Shown piece by piece: positions 38,912-52,964 of a stretch of DNA of 64,000 nucleotides. The translations under genes and the position numbers were made by a program. The notes under the pieces are model-generated. The model saw only the letters and a list, made by a program, of their open reading frames with translations, was not told the DNA's origin and made no database searches. The first letter of the stretch is position 1, and the number at the start of each line of letters is the position of its first letter. Location of the stretch: positions 23,062,522 to 23,126,521 of the forward strand of contig JAUZTB010000057.1 in assembly GCA_034780895.1 (NCBI GenBank), given 5' to 3'. Origin of the DNA: Rhynchobatus australiae (taxonomy: Eukaryota).

Positions 38912-41900
38912 GTAACATTGTCTGGACTTCCTTTACAATGTTATCACCAAGTTGTCAAATGTGGATGTGATCAAACTTGCGTGCTTTTCTATTTGATAAC
39001 TTCTTTCTGCAAATTTATTAAAACTTTATACTATTTTGATCCAGCTTACTTTTGTATAATATGTAACTCCTGGAAGGAAAAATAACAGAAAATATTGGAA
39101 ACACTCAGCAGATCAGGCAGCATCTGTGGAGAGAAAAAAAAATAAAGTTAACCATTCAGGTCAATCATTTTCAGATCTGGGAAAGGTTAAGTACACTTTA
39201 GGAATGCAGATAAAAAGGAACGTGAATGAAAGAATAGTAGAGAAGATCAACAGTTTCATGGGAAGGAGAGCGGCTATTGATGACCAAAGCAGTGGAAACA
39301 CTAACTTCAGAACACCTCTGCCTTTTTTTTTTAACTGGGCTTGACAGGTTAGATGCAGGGATGAGGTTTCTCCCAGCGAGTGCATCAGGAACCAGGTTCA
39401 AAGTCTCAAGGACAGATGTTATACCTTCTGTGGTTCCTTTGAGCATTCCAAAGAAACCATTTCCTCCAGGATTCTTTAGTTCAATACATAGGTCTCAGCT
39501 GTTCACAAAATATATCAATGATTTGGATAGGGGAGTATTTTCAAATTTCTTATGATACCAAACTGGGAAGGATTATAATCGTGAGGAGGACACTACTAAC
39601 CAGATGGGTTTTTGCAACAATCCAGTTTATTTTGTCTCCTCTTGACTTTATTCTAGTTTGTTGAAGATAGAATCTCATCCTTCAGATGAATAATCACACC
39701 TATTGTACAAGAACAACAAGATCTCTATGTCACATTTACCTGGACTATGGGTTGATAATCACATATGATGTATACTGGACCATGTGAATCTCAAATCTAG
39801 AGTTAAACATGATTTCTCTTTAAATCATTAAAGACATTTTAATCTTTTCATATTCTGTGTCAATACTGCAACCAATATTTCAAAAGATGATTGTCTAGTG
39901 ATAAAACTATTTGCCCAGAAAAACATGGAGCTATCTCACAAAACATTAAAATATGACTTAAACTATCTTCATCTAGCATGTAATAAGCAGTGCTGAGTAC
40001 CAGAAGCAATTTATAGGTCAAAGTTAATTGACGCTAAGTTAGCAATCTCTCTCAGAGCATCCTTAATACCAGTAACAGAGGACAAAAGTGAACACATAAC
40101 TTATTTGTCATGATTGATATCACTCCAAATTTACTCTCCTGCTCAGTGTTCTTCATCTACGTCCCAGCTACATCATTAAACAAGAAATTAAGAGGACTGT
40201 TCTTCCACATTTTCATTAAATAAGAGCAATAATAGCATCAATCTATTACCACAGGGCCCAGATTTTGGGGTATAACTGTGATGAATAGATTAGCCAGTGC
40301 TCCCTGTACGACTCCGTTGTGATTTCAACACATGCTTAATTTAACAAAGTTGCTGTCAGTGATTGCTGTTGGCGTTGCTTCACAGACTGCATGATTGCAG
40401 CCTTCTCCAACACCGAGGGAAATTACTTGATTCAACCTGAAATCAACTGTTTCTAAAACTGTCTGTTGCTTAGTACCCTGAAATCTTATCATCAGTTTAT
40501 CAGTTGTATGAGGTCTGGGTACAGGCACATTAAAGCAAAATATATACTTATGAAATGCTGCAAATATTTCAAAATATCTCAGCTTCTAGCTTAATGTTTC
40601 ATATCTATTTACCACTTTTATGTTTTACATTGATTTAAAAAGTGTGCTTTTAGCTTCCTAATAGGCTGTGAGAACTCTTTAGTGTGATTCATTGCTCAGT
40701 CTTTTATTATTCATTTACATTACGGCTCATCAGTAAGTGAACTTGAGAATTTGAGGAAAGGGAAAGTATTCACCACGGAGATTGCTGGCTCTTTATGGGC
40801 AGCTTTCTTTAAAGTCCATTACTTTGGACCAAGCACCATTACTTTGTCACTGACCACACATTCTGAGGCATCACATAACTAGTTTTACCATTAAAGCTTT
40901 TACTTAGAGTAGGAAAATGATAGGTCATATATTATGTACTAGATCCAGACAACATGATTTTACTTTTGGAAAATAACCTTGTCTGACCAGTCTCAAAGTT
41001 AATGATATTCAACACTGTAATTTAGCAGTTGAAACAGCATATTTTACACAGGCTAGTCACACATTCCAGATTTATACAATAGTTTCACAAAGCAACAAGT
41101 TAAATTGATGGAACCATTACAGTTTCTAATTACTTTTAAACTACAATTTACTGCATATAAAATAATCATGAGGTTACAAAGATTAGAAAAAATAACAGTC
41201 CATTTAAGTAATTTCCTTAAATCTTACAATGTAGAAATAGATTCAGAGTTGCAGCTAGAAACAGAAAATGCTGGGAATACTTAGTTCGGGTGGCGTTTGT
41301 AGAAAAGTGCTTGGAACCAACTAAGAGTTAATTGCCAGCAGTTCTGGCTGGGAACCTGGCTATTTTTCAGCAGAAGCACCAGCAAGTTTGGAACTTCCCT
41401 GCGATGACAGCAGTCTAGAAGTTGCCAGCTGAGCTCTGCTGGTGGAACCACAAACTTTCTGAAACTCCCCAGTATTTACACTGGGGAATCTGTTGGCAGA
41501 TCCAGCAGATTAGGCCTGATGCACGTAAGTTTTGAATAGTACTTTTATGTTTGCTGAAAACTTTTTATTCTGGTGGTTCTAGCTGATTTTAAAAAAATAA
41601 TTTCTAATAATTTTTGTAAAATGTTTCTGAAGTATGAATGAGTTTTGCAAGGACAAAGCTGATGGCATAGTACAGATTCCTATCAAAGGTTTCCTTAGCA
41701 AATTTGTGGGCAAGACTGGTTCTGGCTCACATGACCAGATTACATTGCCCACGGCCTTGATGCCATACAAGTACCAGGTGTGACATGGACACTCTCAATC
41801 AGTAGGTTCACAACTGCACATTCAGATAAATGTGTGATAACGTGCATTTCAGCAGCAAGTACAGGCAACAACTGAATCGAGCATGCTTGGAAAATTAATG

Positions 41901-44234
41901 TTTCAGTTGAAAACCTTGTTCTCTACCTACTGATACTGGCTGATTTGCTGGGCATTTCTAACATTTCAAACTTTAATTTCGTCTTTCCATTATCAGATTT
42001 GCATTGGCATGGCCTATGATCCAGCAGTTTCCATTTTCTTCAGAATAACAATATGCAAAGGTTGCAAAAGAACAGCTTCAAAAGGAGCTTAATCATTAAA
42101 CCTTTTCTCACAACATATGTAACCATGCATTGTCATTCAGGTAATCTTAGCATTAAGTATATATTTACTTAATAATCCAATGACTGGAACATTGAAAGGC
42201 TGATATCGCAATGAATACAAGTCTTAATCACACTCTAGATCAGGACGGCAAATTATGGGACAATTACATGGTGTTGTGACATAGAGGGTCAGTCTTGCAA
42301 AAGGTGATCACTGCATGTGATCCTCATAAAATTAGCAACTAATAATCAAGAGATTTTGGAGTCTTTGCAATTAACATTGTTGACATGTTCTAACTGATAA
42401 AATATATTTTGATTTCAAATTCAATGCATTCAAAATTAAAGACTTAATTCAGTGCAAAAGATCAATATTGTAAATGCTAAACAGCATGAATATACTGTAT
42501 TTGAATATGAAAACTTTTCTAATAGCACTAATGCCTTGGCACAAATTCTAATCAAATATTTGTGCAGCCCATTAACGGGCAGGTGTAAGGGCTAGTAAAT
42601 AGAGGGTATTCTTCATTTGGAACTTTACAATTTTTGATCATTCAATTATCAAAGGAATTATCCTTCTAATACTTCAGTTACAGAAAAACTGCTTTCCTAC
42701 ATGATAGGTGACTTCTAACCTTAAAACCAAACCTTTTGGTTTATCATGTTATGAATATTTCCTTAAATATAATTGATTTTCTTTTAAAATGGTAATGGTG
42801 CTCCACAATTCTTTTCCAAGTAGCTCAGTTCATAACAGAATCTCCTGGTATTCAGCCATACAGAACAAAGGTTTATGCATTCATTATTCAGCAGTAGTAG
42901 AGTTGATAGAAATAAATTACGATTGACCTCTCCAGCTTTGAGCTGGGAAAATCTTTCCAGATTTAGAGCTGTGTTCAACTGTGATAACTTTGTTCTTCTG
43001 AAGAATAACATGCAAACACTTATTAAAATTCACAGAAAGAACGGCTACTCTGCTGAAATCCCAGCACTCTGGCTCTGTACACCAATTTGAAATACCAGAT
43101 TGAAGAGTTGTTGCTGAGATGCCCAAATGTACCACAGTTGTACATATCTGCAANNNNNNNNNNNNNNNNNNNNNNNNNNNNNNNTGCATGACTTAACCAG
43201 GTCACACTGGTGGGCCAAACCAAGCCCGCCCATTAAACTGCTAGGCACACCTCAGACAATGGCCGTGTCTCCAGATAAATGTGGCACATTTGGACACTTC
43301 ATTAGCAATTGTGGGCAGGGAAACATGCTGCAGATCAATATTTCTAACAATACAAAACGCAAGAAACCAGAACTTTATAATTTAGGAGTGAAGGAAATCA
43401 GAAATTGACAATTCACCACAGTTAAGCGTGAAGCTTCATCTTTAAGACCATCAATCTTCAATGCTTCTGTAGGTCTGACACTGAAGCATTCACAAACTAT
43501 TACAAATAAAGTAATTAATTTTAACATTAAAAATAGAGAAAGCAAAAATATCCAACAAACTTTGATTATTTAAGTTATTACAAACATAAGTACAACTCAC
43601 CTCATTCTTTCTGACCTTACTTCCTTGTAGCTGCAAAATCCACGGAAATTGTCAAACCCAGCCGAGGACCCTTGACCAGATTCTCCAGCAAAAATCGAGG
43701 AATTTCAGAATATTTGGACTCTGCCACTGCTCCAAACAGAGTCCAGCAGCGGAGCACAGCAAGGTTCACTGCCAGGGATCTGCCAACAAGTGGAGGGCTT
43801 GTGTTGGTTTACACATGCATCAACGTCCTAATTTTACTGGTACTTACAAAGCTAAATGCCAGACTGCTGCAGAAATGTCAGCATTTACCTGCAAGCTCTA
43901 GCCCATAATTACTGTGAAACAGGTACATTTCTACTCAAGGCAACATACTAGAACCAAGCACTCTCAGATCAGTTATAGCCTAGCTAGATGCAGTATCTAA
44001 CATGCCTCCAGACCAACTTCAAGCACCCCATTGTGGTGTCAGATACCAGTCTCCTCTCCCTGTTCACATTCTCCACTTTCTAATCCTTAAGTACATCATC
44101 TTCATCCACAAATACCTCTTGATCTCACCCTCGCTGCTCTTCCAGTAGTGCTCTGTCTACCACTGTCCTACTGCTTCCAAGTGGCAGTCTTCAGCCTTCT
44201 TCAAACTTGTTTCATCTCTGCCTATAAAACTATC

Positions 44235-44570
44235 TTGCATTTTAGTAAAGCCATTTTCATAATCATAGGATATCCCAAAACATTTTACTGCCAATTAAAA
44301 CCTTTGAAGTGCTGACACTATTATAATCTAGGATACATGGCCATCAGAATTGCACAAACGGCAACAAGATAATGAAGAAACTTATAAGTTCAGGATGTTA
44401 TTGAGAGATGAATAATATTGGCAAGGACACCACCTTCAAATGGTCCATTGGATTTTATTATATCTGAGAGGCAAATTGAACCTCAGCTTAACATTCAACT
44501 GAAGTACAGTACACTTCAAATAGTCCAGTGTTAGTACTACTAAATGTCAGATACGATTACGTGCTCTTTT
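44235..44570 (-). mobile_element. Degenerate Deu-domain SINE
   Basis: tcccaaaacattttactgccaatt..aatattggcaaggacacc..cctcagcttaacatt, similar to 36000-36272. Confidence 0.55.
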
Positions 44571-46189
44571 CTGATTTAATTCATAATTATGTACATATGT
44601 TGGGACTCTCTGGCTATGACCTGCATTTCAGCTGGTTTATGATATTCCAGGATTTCAGGAACCTAAGTTGACATCCATTCCCTGTACCCACTGCCTCCCA
44701 GGATCCAATGTTTCACTGGATGTATGTCCAGTTTTGGCGTTTACAGACTTTAAAAAAACTACTGCTGCTAAGAAAAGTTCTCTTATGTTCAGGAGTGCTA
44801 CCACTGAGCAAAGGCTGGCACCTGTTTTTAAAAGCTCTTGGGTTCTTCTTAGCTTCATTCTTTTTTCATATTAAATCTAATCCTCAAATTGTGAAACTCG
44901 AACAATGACTTCATGCTGTAAAGCAAAAGCAAGATATTGCAGATGGTGGTAATCTGAGTTAAAAATAGAAAATGCTTAGTCGGTCAGGGAGTATTCATCA
45001 AGGATGGTAATGGAAGGCCATTATCCTGAAATGTTAACTCTGTTTCTTTCTCAACAGCTGCTGCCTAACCTGCTGAATATTTACTGCTACTAGGGTTCTT
45101 TATAAAAACAGCACTGTACTTTAATAACATCTTTGACCAAAATAGATTTTAATTAGGTCTTTAATTTGTTGCATTATTCATTGTGCCATTTCCCTGACAT
45201 ACTTAATTTTGAGACTTTTCACAGCATTAACTGCTGCTTTGCAATATTTGAGAGAAGCACCAATTTTCATTCTCCCTAAAGATATATGTAAGGTGATTAA
45301 TTTGGGATAATGAAAATTATGAACAATAATCATTAAAGTGGCTTGTGAAAAGTGGGTTGATCTATATGGATGGAATCTATGTATGAAAGGCTTTTATATT
45401 TTTAAAGATCCACAGTCAAATCCATACTCATTTTGATTTTCTCTTTCAAGCATTTAATAGTACCAACTACTGCATAATATTACAAATGTATATGGTAAAT
45501 TTGTTTTCCCATTGTTATACCTCATTACTGCTGTACGTGCTCTTAGAATACTGAGCTTTAATAAATAGTCAAATGGACATAGTTTATAAAAAATCTAAAT
45601 TCATGATTCAAGCAAATTTCTCAGATTTAATTCATTTCAATAGTAACTGAGAAAAATATACTTAAATCTTTTGAATAATTTGACTAGAATTTCCTGGGAC
45701 TTTAATTATAATAAGAAGGATATCATGTGAATCTTAAAAATTCAATGCAGAATTCTTCCAATAATTAACAAAAATAGAAATTCAAATAGTATTAAATTGG
45801 CATTAAAACTCAGGACTAAACAGTGCAACAGATATTGCCACTGGAGCAGATGAGAAATGTGGTTGAGCTGATGCATGAAATTACCCAACAGCTGCCAACT
45901 CCCTGCAGTTGAATTGTCAACATTGTTTGTCTCCTTCTTCCCCTTGGCAGCAAAGCCAATGCTTTATCACACGTGACTATCATTGCAGTGGCCATAACAT
46001 TTAAAAGTAAATTGAAGAAGTAATTGAAAAGGCAATGGAATGGGAGTAAAGGCAAAGAGATGATAGCAGATAGCTCTAATTGAAAAGCTAGCACCAGCAT
46101 GGCTGCTGTGGACAAAATGGTCTGTGTTGTAACCTTGCTAATTCTAAAGAATTAGGAGACAAAATGAATCAGTGGAATCAACCTAAACA

Positions 46190-46745
46190 ATCAGTACAGC
46201 CTCCTCTCACACTGGAGAAACCAAACCAAATTGGGTGATTCCTTTGCAGACACCTNNNNNNNNNNACGTAGATTGGATGATCGCTTTGCGAGCACTTGCA
46301 CTTGGTTCATGACGGTAGTAATACACTTCATGTTGCACGCCACCTTAATTCTCAATCCCACTCCCATTCCAGCCTGTGTCCATAGCCTCTCCTACTTCCA
46401 TTGTGAGGCCTAATGTAAACTAGAGGAACAACATATTATCTTCTATCTGGGCACTTTGCAACCTTCTGAAATGAACGCTGAATGTTCCGACTTCAGGTCA
46501 CCACATTTCTATAAAATACCTTCCCAAAGAACCTCGTCACTGACCTGTCTTTTATAACCCATCTCCATATAGTCTTTTGTCTTACACCTCACTCTTCAAC
46601 CTAGCTCTGTTTTGAAAACTGTTGGTCCTCCACTCTTTTCCCAGTTCTGAGAAAGGTTTCCTGACCCAAAACATTTAACTGGTTTCTCTTTCCATAAATG
46701 CTGCTTTACTGGCTGAGCTCTTCCATATTTTCTGTTCTTGTTAAA
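46190..46745 (+). mobile_element. Penelope-like element remnant (GIY-YIG endonuclease C-terminus plus pseudo-LTR)
   Basis: Broken frames HTGETK / RRLDDRFA and KLEEQHIIFYLGTLQPSEMNAECSDF (from 46417), followed by the terminal motif ..atgctgctttactggctgagctcttcca. Confidence 0.7.
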
Positions 46746-47889
46746 GATCAACTACACTAAAGGAGTTCATAATATTTGAAAAGAAGGGAAATCTCTTTGA
46801 ACAAGACAGCTGAGTTACCATGAGCTGACAGGGTACTGAAATTGAACAAAATCCTCATTGAGCAGAAAAGAAAATCATGCAATATTAAATTGAATCAAAT
46901 CTTATGAATGATGCATTCACTACTTATTAGAATATAGATGATCAAGGGACTGAGGGAAGAAGAGGTACTTGGCAAACTAATGGGGCCGAGGATCAGCAGT
47001 ATTTTAAGGTCTTAAAGAAAATGGTTGCAGAGACAATAGCTGTGTTAACTGTTTTTATCAATCTATCAGCCTAGACTTAGTGGTCTGAAAGAGCTGGTTC
47101 CATTCTGTATGATGCTATAATCTCTAACTTTCCCAGATCCTGAGAGGTCCTAGAGGATTGGAATACTGCAACGGTGATGCTACTATTCNNNNNNNNNNNN
47201 NNNNNNNNNNNNNNNNNNNNNNNNNNNNNNNNNNNNNNNNNNNNNNNNNNNNNNNNNNNNNNNNNNNNNNNNNNNNNNNNNNNNNNNNNNNNNNNNNNNN
47301 NNNNNNNNNNNNNNNNNNNNNNNNNNNNNNNNNNNNNNNNNNNNNNNNNNNNNNNNNNNNNNNNNNNNNNNNNNNNNNNNNNNNATCCCATAGATTTGGT
47401 GTATTTGAATTTCCAAATGATATTTGGTAAGTGCCATATAAATGGTTACTGCAAGAGATAAGGGCACATGAGGTTGGGGATAATGTGGCAAAATAGCAAA
47501 AAACAAATTGGGGATAAATGGGTCTTCTTGGATTGGTAATGAATAGCTTGTGAGATGCCTCAACTGTTTACAATATACATTAATCTATCTAATTAACCTA
47601 TCCATCATCCATCATTAATTGCTCTTGAAATGGTGATGATGATCCATCTTTAGAATCACAGCTGATCTTCTGGTGAAGGTACACCTTCAATTCAGGATTT
47701 AAGGGAGACACCCCCTACCTCCCAACTGTCCGTCCCTCACCTCTTTAGACTGGCTACCTCCCCTTTGCATTCCTAGTCCTGATGCAGGGTCCCAACTTGA
47801 AACATTAACTACCTCTTTGCTTCCACAGATGCTGCTTGACCCACTGAGTTCTTCCAGCTGTTTGTGTTTTGTTCCAGGATTTAAACCCA

Positions 47890-49760
47890 GTAACAAAGAA
47901 ACCCTGATACATTTCCAGGTTCGGATGGTGTGCAGTTTGGAGGGGAACATGGGTGGTGTTTTCACACACCTGGTGGTGTCCTTTTTTTTGCAGAAAAGGA
48001 AGGTGTTGGAGTAGCCTAGATAAGTTACTGCAGTACAGTTTGTCAACGGTAGGCACTGCATCAGTGGAGGAAATGAACGAACTTTGAGTGTGGGTATACT
48101 CATCCAAGCAAGTGGAGAGTATTGCAGCATATTCATGATTTGTGCCTCATGATAGAAAGGCTTTGGAGTGCCAGGAGTTGTCACCTGTCAGAGGATACCC
48201 AGTCTTTGAAGTGCTCTTGCTACAGTAGACATGCAGCTGGACCTTTGAATTTCTGGTCAATGGTGACTGCCAGGTCATTAGCAAGAGGAAAAAGTTTGTC
48301 TCACCGACCACATGCCAACTTTCTGGTAATTGCACAGGAATAGAACGGGTTGTTCTTCCTAAGGGGGATATTTCATACATTGTTGAAAATAACTGATAAT
48401 TGAGTTATTTGGCATCCTCTTCCAATCTCCTTAGCACACCAGCTAGGGAGACTGGAAGAGGACACCAGGTGCGTGACTCCCAGGTGGGCTTTCCATAAAT
48501 GTCAAGGGCAGGTGGTTGGGCACTCTCATGTTGGAATGATCATTGCCTGCCCCTTTTAAGGCAAGAATGTTATTTTCTATTTATCAGCTCATTTTTGAAT
48601 GTTAGCTCAGTCTCGCAGGCATGGACTGCTTCAATTGCTGAAGAGTCACAAGTGGACTTGAACCTTATCTAATAGTGATGGAAGGTGATAGTGATAGGTT
48701 TAACCATCTTCAGCTGCTTCCAAGCCTGAACTCCTGCAGTGATCCTGGGATTTCCTGCTACCTCAACCATCTACCCTCATATGAGATATGACTCCACTCC
48801 ATAAGAGTATTGTCCCCTTAACGTTGATTGACTTCAGTTTTAGCAGGGCTCCTTTTAGCCTCACTGGGTCAATTGCTGCTTTGATATCAAGGAAAGCCAC
48901 TCACTACAGCTCTATAAATCTAGTTTATATCTATAAATTAGATTTATCTATAAATCTATAAATTTATAATATCTATAAATTGTCTTTGCTTGACAAAGGC
49001 AGTGATAAAATCCATAACTGAGCTCCGACAAGCAGGTTTTAGGTGTGGTAGCTATGTTGGCGACACTGACTATTTGATGAAGATGGAAAGTAGGCTGATT
49101 ACCATACAGTCTGTCTGAAAGGATTTGTCCTGCTGTTTGGGAGGACAGAACATAACTAAACATTTTTCCAGATTTTCAGGTAGCTGCCTGTGTTGGAACG
49201 ACAGTATAACAAGTCTTCACTGGTACAGCCAAGATGGCGCTTGGTCTCATAACCTTTACTGCATCTAGATCTAAATTTCCTCCTACCTTGTTCTGTGGAT
49301 GAAATTGGCTGAAGACTGGGTTCTGTGATTGTGGGGATCTTGTGAGGAAGTACTGAAAGCAGCAAGAGAACTGATTCATCAGCTAAGGAGAATGGTAGGT
49401 GATAATCAGATTTCCTTGCCCATATTTGACCTGATTTCATATAGTCAGGAGTCATTGCTGAGGACTCCCAGTCTGTCCACCTCTGTACTGACAGCTCTGA
49501 TGGATCAGTGGGAGATGAAGTCTGTTGCCTGTGAAGTATGATTCTAAGAATATAACCATGCCAAGCAATTGCTTCATCAGTTCGTGAGACAGCTCTCTCA
49601 GTTTAGACTCTAATGCCCAGGTATTTGAGAGCTAAGCTAGAATTGACTTTGATATGATTTTGGTACCAGGTGGCCTGAGTAGTTATAACATTCTGTTTTA
49701 GCAGTGATTATGACAAAATTGAATGGCCTGCTAGTCCACTTCAGAGGAAAGAGTCACCAC
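47890..49760 (-). mobile_element. Degenerate non-LTR retrotransposon, same family as 6010-7610
   Basis: Shares aatgtcaagggcaggtgg, gaatgttattttctatttatcagc and attgctgctttgatatcaagg (LDIKAA) with the 6-7 kb copy. Confidence 0.6.
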
Positions 49761-50296
49761 ACTGTTGCAGGTCTGGAGTCACAGAAGCCAGATTGGGAAA
49801 GGAAGGCAGATTTCTGCCCCTGAAGAACATTGGTGAACAAAATGGACTTAACAAAATTGGGTAAGTTTGTGCTCAACATNNNNNNNNNNNNNNNNNNNNN
49901 NNNNNNNNNNNNNNNNNNNNNNNNNNNNNNNNNNNNNNNNNNNNNNNNNNNNNNNNNNNNNNNNNNNNNNNNNNNNNNNNNNNNNNNNNNNNNNNNNNNN
50001 NNNNNNNNNNNNNNNNNNNNNNNNNNNNNNNNNNNNNNNNNNNNNNNNNNNNNNNNNNNNNNNNNNNNNNNNNNNNNNNNNNNNNNNNNNNNNNNNNNNN
50101 NNNNNNNNNNNNNNNNNNNNNNNNNNNNNNNNNNNNNNNNNNNNNNNNNNNNNNNNNNNNNNNNNNNNNNNGGTAACATATTTAGTACATCACCAAGATA
50201 CCAAGAGCATATGCATCTGCAAGGTGAGCTGATAGAGCAGGTAGGTGGAGCTGAATAAGAAGATAAACGTGAGGTTATTGTACAGCAGAACAGACT

Positions 50297-50354
50297 CGAA
50301 GGGCCAATTGGTCTATAACTGCTCCCGAAGGGCCAATTGGTCTATAACTGCTCC
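50297..50354 (+). repeat. Perfect 29-bp tandem duplication in a CR1 tail
   Basis: cgaagggccaattggtctataactgctcc x2. Confidence 0.9.
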
Positions 50355-52775
50355 ATGTATTTGTAATGGGATGCTGGGCAGGAAAGTAGTGGAATAGTTT
50401 CCTCTGTGTGACAAAGGATTCATACTTGAGCTGAAGATGGGCTGAGGCTGGTTAGAGACAGATGAAATTACTGAGATAGAAGACGATGGGTGAAAACTGA
50501 GTAGCGTCAGCTTTGAGCACTGCCAAACTACTGCCCAGATATAGGGACTGTGCTGAGTGGGACCAGGAACTCTTAAGAGAGGTAGAACATTAATGGGAGC
50601 ATCTCTGGTGATTGAAGCACGGCCACACTACTTCATCTAGTGGTTCAGTAAAAGTCAGTTCAAGTGTGATCCATAAACACCAGTAGCTCTAATACATCAA
50701 CTGAGGTCAATGGAGAGTGGAATGCACAGACCAAAAGCAGCAAGAGGCAGGGGGTCAATCAAATATGAGCCAACAAGAATGACAGCAACACTAGGAGGAA
50801 CCCATTTTACCCTCTCAGTAAAGTTTGATGGAAGAATTTAGGATGAGTGACTTAGCAGTCATGCAGAACAACTAGAAAACAGTGCCGAGTTCATTTAACA
50901 GCACAAAAATATTGGAAATCAGCAGGAAGAGCTGAAAGCTACCTCAGTTTAGTAAAAAAAAAGTCAATGGAGAGTGGTGCCTGAAGCAGAAAAGGCATTG
51001 AGAAATCAAAGTCTACCTGGGTACTTGGAAGAACTGAAATTATCTGGTTCAAGGCAAAAAAAAAACACTAAATCAAGCTGAAACTTGGGAAGCTATAGTC
51101 AAAGGACTATAGGTCCTCCCCTGCTTACAAGCACTGGACTTAACTACAGCCCGTACATTCAAGTGAGAGTCTGGGAGACTGGCAAGATGTATAAGCCAGC
51201 TGCTGTGAGGCTGCAGGCATCCTCTGCCATGTAGGAACTCGGTTCATAGGAGCAGAACACTGTTGTAACCTGGGGAGGACCTGTAATCAGCAATTGCTTT
51301 TCTAGAAAGTAGATTTGTTACTTACACATGGTTTAAAATGTACATATAACATTAACAAAATGCATCCTAACTACATTCCCAATTCAGAGTGTTAAATATT
51401 TCAAGCATATATTTTCCCATTCTTCAAAGTGCTGCAGTGTAATGTAACCTATGGTGATTCAAACATCATACTGAATTTACCTCAAACATCATTACCTCAA
51501 GCTAATTTTAAAACACAGTATTTCAACTGCATAAGAGAGATGCAAGATTGATATCCTACTCAGTTTGCACTTTATTTGCCACTTACTGTGCAATTTAGTC
51601 AGTCAAGTAACAGATAGACTTACTTTCTGCCTAGTCAAAATTACTGCTTTACTCCTATAAGCAGTGCTGGCTCTTGAAGAGGTATCTGTTAACTATGATT
51701 CCCTATTTTAGTGACTCCATAAATGCAATCTTCAAAACAGGATTGACTGGATTTGTGGTATATTACTGCTCAATCATATTTTACATCTCATTCCTGTAAT
51801 CAGCTCTGCAGAACTGATTTAATTACAGTATAAAAATCTAACCCTGAAAAATACTTCAGTCTAAAAAGTTAGTCATAAAGTAGTACTTCAAAGCTGCATG
51901 TGTCTGTGTGTAGGGGAGATTCAAAGGACCTTCAAAAGAATGACACCAAATCAAAGGAAATATTAAATGTCCTTGTAAAAAGGACGTTTAATTGGTATGA
52001 TGGGTATTGACGATGACCTTAACAAAGGANNNNNNNNNNNNNNNNNNNNNNNNNNNNNNNNNNNNNNNNNNNNNNNNNNNNNNNNNNNNNNNNNNNNNNN
52101 NNNNNNNNNNNNNNNNNNNNNNNNNNNNNNNNNNNNNNNNNNNNNNNNNNNNNNNNNNNNNNNNNNNNNNNNNNNNNNNNNNNNNNNNNNNNNNNNNNNN
52201 NNNNNNNNNNNNNNNNNNNNNNNNNNNNNNNNNNNNNNNNNNNNNNNNNNNNNNNNNNNNNNNNNNNNNNNNNNNNNNNNNNNNNNNNNNNNNNNNNNNN
52301 NNNNNNNNNNNNNNNNNNNNNNNNNNNNNNNNNNNNNNNNNNNNNNNNNNNNNNNNNNNNNNNNNNNNNNNNNNNNNNNNNNNNNNNNNNNNNNNNNNNN
52401 NNNNNNNNNNNNNNNNNNNNNNNNNNNNNNNNNNNNNNNNNNNNNNNNNNNNNNNNNNNNNNNNNNNNNNNNNNNNNNNNNNNNNNNNNNNNNNNNNNNN
52501 NNNNNNNNNNNNNNNNNNNNNNNNNNNNNNNNNNNNNNNNNNNNNNNNNNNNNNNNNNNNNNNNNNNNNNNNNNNNNNNNNNNNNNNNNNNNNNNNNNNN
52601 NNNNACTAGAAATAGATAATTGGGAAAAACTTTGGAGTTAACTTTAGAGGAAGACATGCTAGAAATGATTTGGTTATAATGAAACAGGTAAGAGTAGGAT
52701 GAAGGGAGGACCGAAGTTGACAATGGAAGGAACTTATTAGAGAATGTGGTAGATATACAGTAAGGTTAAAAGGAC

Positions 52776-52964
52776 AAAACAAGATGCTGGAGGAACTCAG
52801 AAGGCCAGGCAGCATCCGTGGAGAAAAGCAGACAGTCAACGTTTCGGGTCTGAAACATTCACCGTCTGCTTTTCACCATGGATACTGCCTGACCTGTTGA
52901 GTTCTTCCAGCATCTTCTTGTTTTTTTTCAACTAGACTCCAGCATCTGCAGTCCTTTGTTTCTC
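52776..52964. mobile_element. Palindromic Penelope-like terminal element with imperfect flanking direct repeat
   Basis: Arms of about 70 bp: aagatgctggaggaactcag..caacgtttcggg / ctgaaacattc..gagttcttccagcatctt. Flanked by taaggttaaaaggacaaaac (52761) and taagattaaaggacaaac (52965). Confidence 0.65.
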
